Below are positions 11,540 to 23,249 of a stretch of 64,000 nt of DNA, piece by piece; within the stretch, counting starts at the first letter, position 1, and every line of letters begins with the position of its first letter. The DNA is from Octopus sinensis (taxonomy: Eukaryota), in assembly GCF_006345805.1 (NCBI RefSeq), contig NC_043000.1, positions 69,564,001 to 69,628,000 on the forward strand, read 5' to 3'. Under the pieces are notes generated by a model. The model did not search any database. It was not told where the DNA came from and was given only the letters and a program-made list of their open reading frames with translations. A program made the position numbers and the translations under genes.

Positions 11540-14030
11540 GTTGGCTCTCACACGCAAGTTTGTCATGGAGCAAGCAGTGCTTTGGCCAACAAGAGGTGAG
11601 AATGTCTTGGACCTCTGTTTCACAAGCAACCCGATGCTCATCCACAACATAATGGTAACACCAACAATTCTCTCAGATCACAACTTAGTAGAGGTAATGA
11701 TATATGGTATGAGAGAGTTAGTTGAGACGCAGCCATTAGAAAATACCACAGGCCTATCCAGTCTAAACTTCCATAAGGCAAACTGGAAGAAGATCAACGA
11801 AGAGATCCGAAAACATGACTGGAGTGACTTCATCACCACACAAGACACCAACACACATTTCCAACATTTCATGACAACAATACAGAACATATGCCATAAG
11901 TTTGTCCCGGAGAAAAAGCCAGCGGGCATAGGAACGTTATTCCCAGAGACAGGAAAATACTTATGAGGCGAAGAGCTAAGCTCTCGAAGCAACTGAATGC
12001 ACGGCAGAGAAACAATGAGGGACTCCACCTGAAACTTTTTGAAACGGAAACTGCACTCAAACTTTCCTATGAGAAGGAGAGGGCAGAGAGAATATTAAAA
12101 CAACCCTAAAGCCTTCTTTAAATTTGCGAAAGAAACCACCTCGGTACACTGCAAGATTGGCCCACTCTTTGATAAAAGGGCTCTCTAACTGAGGACCCAC
12201 AAGGGATAAGTGAAATACTAAAGGAACAGTATAAAAGTGTGTTCACATCCCCTCTGGGGCACATGCAAATCACAAACCCAGAAGTTTTCTTTGATGCCAC
12301 AACACTCCAAAACCAAACAACAACCATCGACCACATAGACATAACAGAGAGGGATGTAATATCTGCCATAGAAGAAATGAGAATAAACTCAGCTGCTGGA
12401 CCAGATGGATTCCCAGCAGTCCTCCTAAAAACATGCAGGCATGCCTAGCGGGACCACTGAAGAAGCTCTTCAGTGGTTCCTTGGCTAACGGTAAACTGCC
12501 CAGGGCGCTAAAAGAAGGCACCATATGCCCTATCCACAAAGGAGGGAGTAGAGCAGAGGCCAAAAACTACAGGCCAGTCTCCCTGACGTCACACATAAGT
12601 AAGGTCATGGAACGAATCATCAGAAAAAAACTGATCACGTTCCTCGAAGAAACTAACCGTCTCACTGACACACAGCATGGCTTTCGCCCAGGAAGAAGCT
12701 GCCTTACGCAGCTGTTACAACACTACGACTGGGTACTGAAACAACTACTGGATCGCTCACAGGTGGATGTGGTATATCTCGACTTTGCGAAGGCCTTTGA
12801 CAAAGTCGACCACGGAGTGATATGTCACAAATTACTCAGACTCGGCATAACAGGAAAAGTAGGTGAGTGGATACATGACTTCCTGAAGGACAGAAGCCAG
12901 ATGGTTGCAGCCAATGGAGCCCTCTCGGGAAAGACACCAATAGCAAGCGGGGTGCCACAGGGCACAGTCTTGGGACCCTTGCTGTTTTTGGTGGCGCTCT
13001 CTGACATGCCCTTGGTAGCACAAACAACATCCCTCACTAGCTATGCTGATGACACAAAGGTAGCACAGGCAATCAAAAACCCAGCTGATGCTGACCTTTT
13101 ACAACAAGATCTGGATGCCATATACAAATGGGCTGAAGACAACAACATGCAATTTAATGCTGGTAAATTTCAAGCCTTACAATATCAAGCTGTAAACACA
13201 TATACATTACAACACAACTATACTGGTCCAGGAGGGATCGAAATCCCAGTATCGAAATCAATACGGGACCTGGGGATAGACATGAGTGACGATGCATCTT
13301 TTTCTTCACACATCGCGAAGGTGGCGACAATGTGCAGACGACTCACTGGCTGGATCCTGAGGACATTCCGGACAAGAGACTGCGAGACCATGTTGACACT
13401 ATGGAGGACATTTGTCCTAAGCCGCCTGGACTACTGCTCCCAACTGTGGTCACCGCATAGTGTCAAACTAACCACAGAGCTTGAGACAATCCAAAGACAT
13501 TTCACCAAGAGGATTTCCACCATGAAAGAAAAGAACTATTGGGAGAGGCTTAGGGAACTCAATTTGTACTCCTTGGAACGAAGACGAGAGAGATATGCAG
13601 TGATATACATATGGAAAATCCTGGAGGGACTAGCACCAAATTTTGGAATTGAGAGCTGTTCCAATCCCCGTACAGGACGTCACTGTGTGGTGCCAAAGGT
13701 CCCGTCTTCCACATCCAGGGTAAGGAGCAGATACTGTAATAGCCTGGGGTTCAGGGGCCCTCAGCTTTTCAACAAACTGCCAAGAAAACTAAGAGATCTA
13801 CATGATGCGGATGTGGACATTTTCAAAAAACATCTAGACAAGCTGCTTTCCGGGATCCCAGATGAACCCACTGCAAGGTACGAAGATAACCTAAGGGCAG
13901 CAGCTACAAACTCTCTCTTAGATCAGTGGCCAGCCACGGCAAACTGGACTTAGAGAGGGTAGCAACAAGGGCGGTGCCCCAGCATGGCCTCAGCCGGATG
14001 GCTGAAACAAGTAAAAGAGTAAAAGAGTAT
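11540..14030 (+). mobile_element. 5'-truncated CR1-type LINE, family A (APE C-terminus, RT, 3'UTR with hairpin and (AAAGAGT)n tail)
   Basis: PTRGENVLDL..SDHNLV (APE end), frameshifted linker, RT ORF 12433-13953, and 3' ggcggtgccccagcatggcct CAGCC ggat GGCTG aaacaagtaaaagagtaaaagagt. Confidence 0.92.
12433..13953 (+). CDS. CR1-type reverse transcriptase (uninterrupted RT domain and C-terminus)
   Basis: NYRPVSLTS, QHGFRPGRSC, YLDFAKAFDKV, GVPQGTVLGPLLF, YADDTK, RDLG, LDYCSQLWSP, LYSLERRR. Confidence 0.9.
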   Translation: MQACLAGPLKKLFSGSLANGKLPRALKEGTICPIHKGGSRAEAKNYRPVSLTSHISKVMERIIRKKLITFLEETNRLTDTQHGFRPGRSCLTQLLQHYDWVLKQLLDRSQVDVVYLDFAKAFDKVDHGVICHKLLRLGITGKVGEWIHDFLKDRSQMVAANGALSGKTPIASGVPQGTVLGPLLFLVALSDMPLVAQTTSLTSYADDTKVAQAIKNPADADLLQQDLDAIYKWAEDNNMQFNAGKFQALQYQAVNTYTLQHNYTGPGGIEIPVSKSIRDLGIDMSDDASFSSHIAKVATMCRRLTGWILRTFRTRDCETMLTLWRTFVLSRLDYCSQLWSPHSVKLTTELETIQRHFTKRISTMKEKNYWERLRELNLYSLERRRERYAVIYIWKILEGLAPNFGIESCSNPRTGRHCVVPKVPSSTSRVRSRYCNSLGFRGPQLFNKLPRKLRDLHDADVDIFKKHLDKLLSGIPDEPTARYEDNLRAAATNSLLDQWPATANWT

Positions 14031-14094
14031 AACAATAATTAACTAATTTCATGAGAATGACTTAAAAACGACACGTATTTAAACAATTGTCAAC

Positions 14095-14212
14095 AGATCA
14101 TCATCATCGTTGTCATCATCATCATCATTATCATCATCAACAACAACAAAAGCAACAACGACGACGATGACAGCAACAACGCCGGCGACAACAGCAACAA
14201 CAAAAGCAATAA
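14095..14212. repeat. Mixed (TCA)/(CAA)/(CGA) trinucleotide repeat
   Basis: Direct reading of the sequence. Confidence 0.9.
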
Positions 14213-14438
14213 TCCTTTCTTCATTCTTCACAAGAGCCCTTACATACAATATAAAATGCTTGTAAAATGTTTTACAAAACAGAAATTGTACATGTACACA
14301 CAAACGCATAACACAATATATATATATATATATATATATATACGGTTAAATTCACGGTTTAATATGCTGCGACATTTTTTGATGGAATTTTTTTTCTGTA
14401 AAAGAACTTCATCCTATATTAGTAGTATATATATATAA

Positions 14439-14820
14439 TTTAGATAAACTTAGATATGTTTCGACCAAAGATTGGTCCAGGCCATGTCTAACTTAATAGC
14501 ACCACCTGATTGGATTATTTGAATCCTGTTTAAGTCAAGTTTTGTTTATGGTCCATTCAAGTAGTGAGTTTTTGTTGGGTGAGTTGTATCCAATTATGGG
14601 TGGGTTATCTGGTATTCCTTGAAGGAATCTATCCAGACTCCGTTTAAAGTTGATGGGATCCTTTTCCTCTTTGATCTCTTTCGGGACAATGTTAAATAGG
14701 GCAGGGCCAGTAGAGGAAAAGAAATTATGTTGCAGTGTACATGTATGCTGTGATCTTGAATTGGGCAGGGGACGTATGGCCCGTGGTACCAGTCTTGGAT
14801 GAACCTTGAAGCTAATGTTC
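14439..14820 (-). mobile_element. 3' fragment of CR1-type LINE family B
   Basis: High similarity to the 3' ends of copies at 33046 and 34756 (HNFFSSTGPALFNIVPKEIKEEKDPINFKRSLD); ends in an (AAGTTTATCT)n tail. Confidence 0.9.
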
Positions 14821-15082
14821 ATATATATATATATGTTTGAAGAAATGAGGTACTCAGAAATCCGGATGGTATTATATTTACAGATATTTATTAGTATGTT
14901 ACATATTTTTATACATCATATATCATATATATCGTTTTCGTCAATTCTCGTGGAGTCTTCAAATTGATCTAAGTTTTTACAGGAATTTTGACCCTTTTTT
15001 ATAGTATTATTGGGTGTGTAGTGGTGGGGAGAGATATAAGATATTACAAGAGGGTGACGAATGGGGAGAAAGTGAGAGAGAG

Positions 15083-15475
15083 CATGTGTGTGTGTGTGTG
15101 TGTGCGTGTGTGTTTGTGTGTATGTCTATGTGTGTGTTTTTGTATCTGAAAGAGTGCTAAAGAAAATGAAGGAAAGGAAGAAAAGGGAGAGAAAGAAGAA
15201 AAGTGTTTGTGAATCTCTTTGCTGGTTCGGTTGTCAATAATAATTGATTCTTCCCTTTTAGTAATGGCAAAATCAGCTGTTTACTCCAAGGGGGGCAAAA
15301 ATCAGCTGTTTACTCCAAGGGGGTCAATTATTATTGACAACCTAACCAGCAAAGAGATCAACAAAAAATTTTTCTTCTTTCTCCCTTGTCTTCCTTTCCT
15401 TCTTTTTCTTTAACATTTCTTTCAGATACAAAAACACACACACACACATACATACACACACACACGCACACATGC

Positions 15476-15519
<44 letters not shown>

Positions 15520-15530
15520 ACACACACACA
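15083..15530. mobile_element. Foldback/MITE-like element with ~120-bp inverted arms bounded by (TG)n/(CA)n
   Basis: 15130-15247 is an imperfect reverse complement of 15324-15442. The spacer holds a tandem duplicate of gcaaaatcagctgtttactccaagggg. Confidence 0.6.
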
Positions 15531-16439
15531 TGCTTTCTTGGAGTTTCTATCGCAGCTGTTGCTATTATAATTGGTACTGATGTTGTTGATGCTTTGGTTA
15601 TTGACGTTGTTTTGTTTTTGCTGTTAATTTGGCATTAATGGGAATACGGGCTTATTCTCTGTTGTCTTTTGATGAAAACAGAAGACCAGCAGCTGAGTAG
15701 TGCTCTCACGTGTGGTACGCGGCCGAGCATCAACCATAACATGCAGTTTTATCTCTTTGTTCGGAATCTTTTCCAAATTTCTTGGTTGTATCTGGATCAA
15801 GATTTCTGCTCCAATTCCGGACTAATTTTCTTGGTGCTGTTTTTTTACTCTTATATTGTATTCTCTTCTCTAGTGAAAAAAAGAAATCATATAAAACAGG
15901 AAAAGAGGTAAACGAAACTTAGTATTGCTAAGCTGACTTTCGAAAGGCATTTAATCTTTCATCCCTGGTTGCTAGAGATACTTTATATAAACAACTAACT
16001 CCACCACTAATGAAATATATATTAGCCATGCTTTAATGAAATGGAAACCCTAATATCATTGCTAAACAAAGACTCCATCAGTCTATCATCTATAAACCTT
16101 TTATATGCCAAAGTAAAATCGTCACCACATTCCAAATCCAGAAATTTCTAACTGATGTAGATAAAATATACAAATTCAAAAAGATACTAAGGAAGAAGAA
16201 CATAAGACTAGAACCATAATTAGTAAAAACAAAAAAAAACCTAATGTAATCAGGAAAATAAAATATGATTTGAAAGAAGTAACCCTCTCTGTATAAGGAA
16301 ACAATAAAATACAATCAGGAAATCGACCACACAGAAAAGACAGAATCAGATAAAGTTAGACAAGAAATAGATAAGGAAAAGCAATAGGTCAACTTTTAAA
16401 AAGTCAAAACACAAAACAAAAATACTTTCCATACTATAT

Positions 16440-17120
16440 TCAAGAAATAGGGAGAAACACAACACCATGGCCGTAAAGCTCGACATAGATAAAGTAAACG
16501 AGAGTGAGAAATCAACGGTGGCTTAAATAATCAACGTTGGTTTAAAAGCTACAAGTTAAAAAGAAGAAGCATATTGATTCTAGACGCCACGCAACCAATG
16601 TCTAACCACCACCAGCTACAGAAATATATTAATGTAAGATGTAACGTCAAGTGCAGATTATGCAACCACTTCAAGAAGACGGTTAACCAGATCATCTCCA
16701 GTTATACAGGCCTTCCACAAATCAAACTATAAACGCAGTTATATTCGAATCGGCAGCTTTGTCCCATGAGCAATATGCAAACTTGAAAACGGACAAGTGG
16801 TATAAACATACATCAATCACTGCACATAGAAACAGTTTAGTTACAATCATCTGGGAAAGGCCTATCGAAACTGATAAGAAAATCAAAGTAAATCGTCCTG
16901 ATAAAATAAATTAATGCACGCTAACAGACATCATGATCCCTTCTGATCAAAATATTGCCCGGAAGGAAGCGGATAAAGTATCAAACCCAAGGATTTTGAA
17001 ACTGATATAAATAAAATGTGGGAGATGGAAGTGAAAACTACCGTTATTAAATACAGTATTAGTTTCGGTTAAAATTAATATGAATAGAAATATACAAATT
17101 CTACAGGAGCTGACAACATT
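16440..17120 (+). pseudogene. Highly degenerate 3' part of an R4/Dong-type LINE
   Basis: Broken frames: KCRLCNH..KTVNQIISS, WYKH, TIIWERPIETDKKIKVNRPD, DIMIPSDQNIARKE.DK, INKMWEM. Confidence 0.65.
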
Positions 17121-18276
17121 ACAAAGTCAAAAATAACTCTGTTAGGTGTTCAACAGGACAACTCAAGTAGCACAGCTTTTAAACACAACACATAAACTAT
17201 ACAATAACTAACCACCCTATAAAATAAGATAATTCACTCAACACTTACTCTACACGGTCAACACCAAATAAAATAATTAAAAAGAATATTGCTACATAAC
17301 AGATACCTGACACCAAAATTCACACAACACACGTTTATACAGCTGTAACTCATTAATGCTTCACAAACCACAAACCACATACCACATACTCTGCACAATT
17401 ACTGTTTGACGCTTAACTGCAATTATATATCACATACGAAATATATTTATCACCCAACAAAATAACGCATCTCAAGTTGTACATACCGTACACAACAGAA
17501 ACCACTAAAATAGATCCGGTCAGAAGTCGAAATCCGTAATTAAACAAAACTAATGCGTATATAAACATTGGTCGACAATGTCAAACATATTTCAGGAACA
17601 TGGAAATAGAATTTTATGAAGCAGTAGAAGCAACTAGCATGAGCTTGAAGAAAAAACAAAATACTTATTTATAAGTCACAAGGGATTAAACAGAATACAA
17701 AAAATGAAGACTTTAAACAGCGGGTCTTACAAAACCGTGTGGGTTGATCAGAAAACGTCCAGAAAGACAAAGGGTTTAAACGTTATGCAAAGTATTTATT
17801 GCGACAAGATAACAATTTTATAAGAGGCCGAATATAAGTATACATATATATATATATTATATATATATATATATACGCGCGCACACACATGTTTGGTAAG
17901 TCTTAAAAGTGCTGATGGATGGAACTTTCGGCTGTATGTTTTGTAGTCCTCTTTCAGATAAATGCGTTGAAAAAGCACATTTAATCCTTTAATGGGCTTA
18001 ACGACAGCAAAAACAGACCCAGCCAGTAAAAATATGAGTTTTCTTCAATTGCAGAAACCCTTTTGGCTACAAAATGCACTGAAATTTATTCAGTAAATCT
18101 TTTCATATATGCAGAAATATTTTTCTATGCGAAAAATTTTCAATATGTGTTTTCCTCCCATTTTTTCTCTTTATTTGTGTGTAAAACACCTTGTAAAAAC
18201 ATACACTTATATTTTTTATAGTTAAACAGTTTTATGAAGGCATTTGATATGTGAAAACATTTTCGCAGTTTTATTT

Positions 18277-18315
<39 letters not shown>

Positions 18316-18367
18316 TTAATCTCTCCATGTTAAAAAATAAAACTTGTTTCATTCAAGCAAACATAAA

Positions 18368-18409
<42 letters not shown>

Positions 18410-18420
18410 ATATATATGTA

Positions 18421-20320
18421 CGAGGGGCGTTCAATAAGTAATGCCCCTGACCCACTTCTCATAGCAGTAGAGCAACGAAACTTGGAACAGTTGCATTCTC
18501 CCATCGTTTGATGCAGCTCTGAAGACCGTTTTTGTAGAAGACCCCAGCTTGGTCCTCCAACCACGACGTGACTTCAGAAATCAAGGTTGCATCATCTGGG
18601 AAACGCTTTCCTTTCAAAAACAACTTCATGGCTGGGAAGAGGTGAAAATCAGAGGGTGCAAGATCAGGAGAGTAGGGGGGATGGGGGATGAGTTCATAGC
18701 CGCACGCCTGTGCTTCTGATCTGGCGACACTCGAGTTGTGGATCGGAGCGTTGTCCTTCAGGAGGAGGATGCCTTTGCTGATCTTGCCCCGCCTCTTGAT
18801 TTTGATAGCTTCTCTTAATTTCCTCAAAAGTGAACCATAATAGACTCCCGTAATTGTGGTACCCTTTGCCAGGAAATATGTCTTCACTACTCCGTCCTGG
18901 TCCCAGAAGACTGTAAGCATGACCTTGCCAGCGGAGGGCTGCACCCTTGCCTTCTTTGGAGGAGGTGAGTCACGGTGCTTCCACTGCATTGACTGGGCTT
19001 TGGTCTCTGGATCATAGTGATGGACCCAGGTTTTATCCTATGCAATCAGTCTTTTGAAAAAATTTGACTCATCTTCTTGGCACATCTCCAAATTCATCCT
19101 CGAGCAATCGACGCGTTCTTGCTTCTGGAAAGGTGTGAGCAACATGGGAATCCATCTGGCAGACACATTTTGCATATGCAGATGGTCATGAATGATAGTT
19201 TCCACAGACCCGGTACTAATCTTGACCTCATGGGCTATTTGGCGAATAGTTATGCGTCGATCTTCCAAAATGGCAGCCTCAACTTGACAGACAGATCCCT
19301 CATCAATGGCAGAAGGGGGCGACCAGATCTGGGAGCTGCTGTTTCCACAGAGTTCCGACCATGTTTGAATTCACGATGCCAGCGTTTTACAAGATCAGAG
19401 GGTGCAAGGTCAGGAAAGTAGGGGGATGGGGGAGGAGTTCATAGCCATACGCCTGTGCTTCTGATCTGGCGACAAGCGAGTTGTGGACCGGAGCGTTGTA
19501 CTGCAGGAGGAGGATGCCTTTGCTGATCTTGCCCCACCTCTTGATTTTGATAACTTCTCTTAATTTCCTCAAAAGTGAAGCATAATAGGCTCCTGCAATT
19601 GTAGTACCCTTTTCCAGGAAATCTGTCATCACTACTCCGTCCTGGTCCCAGAAGACTGTGAGCATGACCTTGCCAGCGGAGGGCTGCACCCTTGCCTTCT
19701 TTGGAGGGGGTGAGTCACGGTGCTTCCACTGCATTGACTGGGCTTTGGTGTCTGTATCATCGTGATGGACCCAGGTTTCATCCTGTGTAATCAGTCTTTT
19801 GAAAAATTTTGACTCATCTTCTTGGCATATCTCCAAATTCACCCTCGAGCACTCGACGCGTTCTTGCTTCTGGAAAGGCGTGAGCAACTTGGGAATCCAT
19901 ATGGTAGACACCTTTTGCATATGCAAATGGTCATGAATGATAGTTTCCACAGACCCGGTACTAATCTTGACCTCATGGGCTATTTGGCGAATAGTTATGC
20001 GTCGATCTTCCAAAATGGCAGCCTCAACTTGACGGACAGATGCCTCATCAATGGCAGAAGGGGCGACCAGATCTGGTTTGAATACACGATGCCAGCGTTT
20101 TACAAGGTCATATGATGGGGCATCATCACCATAAGTTACTTTCATTTCATCAAAAGTCTCCCGTGGTGTGCGTCCTTTCAAATACAAAAACCGGATCACT
20201 GCTCGACACTCAACATGCTCCATTTCACACTTGACTCAGTTCAAACACCTGTAAATTGGAAACCACAATTAGTTCAGAGCTGTAATTTGCCACTTAATCT
20301 ATAAGGATATAAATAATTGC
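18421..20320 (-). mobile_element. mariner (DD34D) transposon with an internal ~745-bp tandem duplication; only one TIR present
   Basis: TA + CGAGGGGCGTTCAATAAGTAATGCCCC TIR at 18419-18447. Transposase motifs MEHVECRAVIRFL, QDETWVHH, LKDNAP and YSPDLAPSDF (34 residues between D2 and D3). ORFs at 18459-18989, 19038-19268 and 19387-20223. Confidence 0.92.
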
Positions 20321-20359
20321 ACACGCAATATATATATAGCGCTATACTAATACTTTTGT

Positions 20360-21946
20360 TTGTTTGTACTCCACCTGCCTTCGTCTTTTGTTTATTTTCG
20401 TAAACTTTCCCGGAACTTTTTTCCTGAACTTATCTCCCTGTACTTTCCCTTCTTTACCTTTCTTCTTCCACCTCCATTCTTCCACTTGTGTCACCACCAC
20501 TTACACCTACATACACATTCACCACTTCCCAACATGCTTGACTTGCACTCGTTCGTCCAACACCTTCAATCCCTTCTTAGCCGCTTTCTCGCTTCCCCCC
20601 ACCAATGCTTACAACCAGCAAAAAAAAACTTTTCTCACTTACTTTTTAAAAAATCTCGCCACTCTAGCCATCTCTCCTTCCTCAGCCGTTGCCTCCGCTA
20701 TCACGTCACACCCCGTGGCTTCCTCTTGAAGTTCCACGCCACCCCCTATTCCTTCGCCTTCATCGAACCCACCCTCGCCCGCACTTCCCGCCTCCTCATC
20801 CGTGATACCATCCGTTCTACCCGCTCTCTCCTTCACTCCTTTGACCACCTACTTCCCCAAGCTTACCTCCTTCTCTCCTCCCTCTGCCCTCCACTCTTCA
20901 CCCAACCTATTCTCCGCTTCATTCTTAATCTCAACCACCAGCTTCACAATTTCCTCACACACACAAAAATCAAAAAACTCCACCACCTCCTCAACCCTTC
21001 ACCTCCTTCCCCTCCCCTCTCCTCCACATCCTCCCCTTCAGCTCCCCCGACTCTCTTCACCCCTCCCCTTCCTCCTTCACGGACCAACACCCCCCACACT
21101 GACCTTCCTACGCCTACTCCATCTTCACCCAACCACCCCAACTCTCCTCCCCACACCTCTGCACCCCCTCTTCCTGACCCCACTCATCCCACCACCCCGC
21201 TTCCTCGCACTGTTGTCACTATACCCCTCAATCTCCTCCTCTCCGCTGCCGAGCGCTCTCTCCTCAGTAAGGGACTCCGCTTCACGCCTCTCACGCGTCA
21301 CTGTGACGAATTCGAGACTCGGACGGACGTCAACCATTTCCTGCGCCGCCTCAAACTTTGCGCCTTCTTCCACGCGTCTCCGCAGCATCACGACAATCAG
21401 GATTACCTTTTGGAGCTGGGGCGCCGCCCATCCAACTGGACGCCGCCCCCGGGCCAATTCAATAGCCCAGATTCGTTTGTGAACGACTGCAACACGTTGG
21501 TAAACCTGTTTAACTTTAAAAAAAGACCTCTCCGAGACAACCTCACACAGGCTGAATTGGTTGCCCTTCGCCACCTCCGTCGCCGCAATGACATTGTCAT
21601 CAAACCGGCGGACAAACGCGGAGCAGTGGTGGTGTGGCGCGCGGATCTCGACCGCATCCTGTCCCCCTTAGTCAAAGCCCTCCCTTCACACATACATGAT
21701 ACCAACCACGCCCTCCGTCTCTTCAATTCCTTTTCCTTCCCTTCCAGCCCCTCACACCTCCTCTTCACCCTTATCATCAAATCCCTGTATACGGTAATTC
21801 CCCACAACGACGGTCTCCTAGCTCTCCAACACTTCCTCGACCGTCGTCCCGACCCCACCCCTATCACCCCCACCCTTCTCCGCCTGGCTGAGCTCGTTCT
21901 CACCCTCAACTGTTTCACGTTCGCCGGGAAAACGTACCAACAGTAG
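20360..21946 (+). CDS. PLE polyprotein N-terminal domain plus partial RT (motif 1-2 region deleted; ends at a stop before the MG motif)
   Basis: 528-aa ORF. WRADL joins directly to DRILSPLV without the expected PKIHK/RPIVS block. Confidence 0.75.
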   Translation: MFVLHLPSSFVYFRKLSRNFFPELISLYFPFFTFLLPPPFFHLCHHHLHLHTHSPLPNMLDLHSFVQHLQSLLSRFLASPHQCLQPAKKNFSHLLFKKSRHSSHLSFLSRCLRYHVTPRGFLLKFHATPYSFAFIEPTLARTSRLLIRDTIRSTRSLLHSFDHLLPQAYLLLSSLCPPLFTQPILRFILNLNHQLHNFLTHTKIKKLHHLLNPSPPSPPLSSTSSPSAPPTLFTPPLPPSRTNTPHTDLPTPTPSSPNHPNSPPHTSAPPLPDPTHPTTPLPRTVVTIPLNLLLSAAERSLLSKGLRFTPLTRHCDEFETRTDVNHFLRRLKLCAFFHASPQHHDNQDYLLELGRRPSNWTPPPGQFNSPDSFVNDCNTLVNLFNFKKRPLRDNLTQAELVALRHLRRRNDIVIKPADKRGAVVVWRADLDRILSPLVKALPSHIHDTNHALRLFNSFSFPSSPSHLLFTLIIKSLYTVIPHNDGLLALQHFLDRRPDPTPITPTLLRLAELVLTLNCFTFAGKTYQQ

Positions 21947-22869
21947 TCTGGGGTCGCGATGGGAACGAGAATGGGCCCCAATTTCGCCAATCTCTTTGTT
22001 GGCTACTTGGGGCCCAAGTATTCTCCCAATTCTCCGGGCCGACCCCAGAACTATACGGTCGTTACATAGACGACTGTATAGGCGCCACCTCCCTTTCCAC
22101 CGAACAACTCTGCCACTTCATCTCTTTCCTCTCTAACTTCCACCACTCTCTACAATTCACTTCCACCATATCCAATACTTCCGTTAACTTACTTGATATC
22201 TCACTCAGCATCGACCCCCCTCCCACTCTCTCACCACCTCCGCCTTCTTCAAACCCACGGATTCCCACCTCTATCTCAACTTCTCCTCCTCCCATCCCTT
22301 CCACACTAAACGGGCCATCCCCTACTCCCAGTTCCTCCGCCTCCGTCGCTTGTGCAGCCGCGACCAGGATTTCGAGACCCAGTCTCAATACCTGGCCCGC
22401 CTGTTCAGGCTTCGAGGATACCCACCTATCCTGGTCTTGAACGCCCTCGCCCGCGCTCGTCGCATCGACCGCACCACCACCCTTTCTCCTTCCACTCACC
22501 CACCTCAACCACACCCCCTTTCCCCTCCTTTTCCACCCCTCTACTCTACCCCTTCGTCGGAAGATACTTCGTACCTTCCGTCATCTCCAGCTCGATTCCA
22601 CGACCCACCCCATTTTCCCCAACCCACGCCTGTCCTCCTTCAAACGAGCCCGGAATCTACGCGACCTCCTGGTCCGTAGCACCCTCCCTTCTTCCTCCTC
22701 GGCCCCACTCGGATCCTTCCCGTGCTCTAGATCCCACTGCAACACCTGCCCCTTCATCACCAACACCACTGCTGTCACCGGTTCCAACCGGCGAACTGTA
22801 CGTATCAGACATTCTTTTACGTGCACCTCGTCTGGACTCATATACTGCATTAAATGCAACCTTTGCGGA

Positions 22870-23124
22870 ATGCTGTATATAGGACAGACGGGACGCCGGT
22901 TGTCAGACCGATTCGCCGAACATCTGAGGGATGTTCGTCTACGGTCCAATTCTCCCGTCGCACGTCACTTCCGCTCGGCCAGCCATTCCCACGATGACAT
23001 CTCAGTGTTTGGTCTTGCCCCACACAACGGCTCCCCACAATCTAGGCTTCACTTGGAGCAACGGCTTATATTCCTTCTACAGACTCTAACCCCACACGGA
23101 CTCAACACAGCCCCCTCCTCTTAG
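22870..23124 (+). CDS. C-terminal part of the PLE GIY-YIG endonuclease
   Basis: MLYIGQTGRRLSDRFAEHLRDV..SPVARHF..HLEQRLIFLLQTLTPHGLN. Confidence 0.8.
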   Translation: MLYIGQTGRRLSDRFAEHLRDVRLRSNSPVARHFRSASHSHDDISVFGLAPHNGSPQSRLHLEQRLIFLLQTLTPHGLNTAPSS

Positions 23125-23249
23125 TGACTGCGCTCCACTTCTCCCCACTAGCATCTATATTATTTATTATTTATTATTTATTTATTATTTATTATTTATT
23201 TTTTATTTATTATTTATTATTTATTATATATATTTTATTTTTTATTTTT

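Larger units (their letters stand above)
20345..23124 (+). mobile_element. Neptune-like Penelope-like element, internally deleted and frameshifted
   Basis: N-terminal domain, KPADKRGAVVVW, KSLYTVIPH, GVAMGTRMGPNFANLF, RYIDD, FKPTDSH.YL..SSSHP..KRAIPYSQFLRLRRLC, Cys linker (C..HCNTC) and GIY-YIG LIYCIKC..CGMLYIGQTGRRL.DRFAEH..E..LI..L.TL.P.GLN. Confidence 0.92.

Noticed and set aside
21125-22949. GC-rich antisense ORFs over the Neptune element, and similar ORFs over CR1 and mariner
   Set aside because: Shadow frames of the TE coding strand caused by compositional skew.
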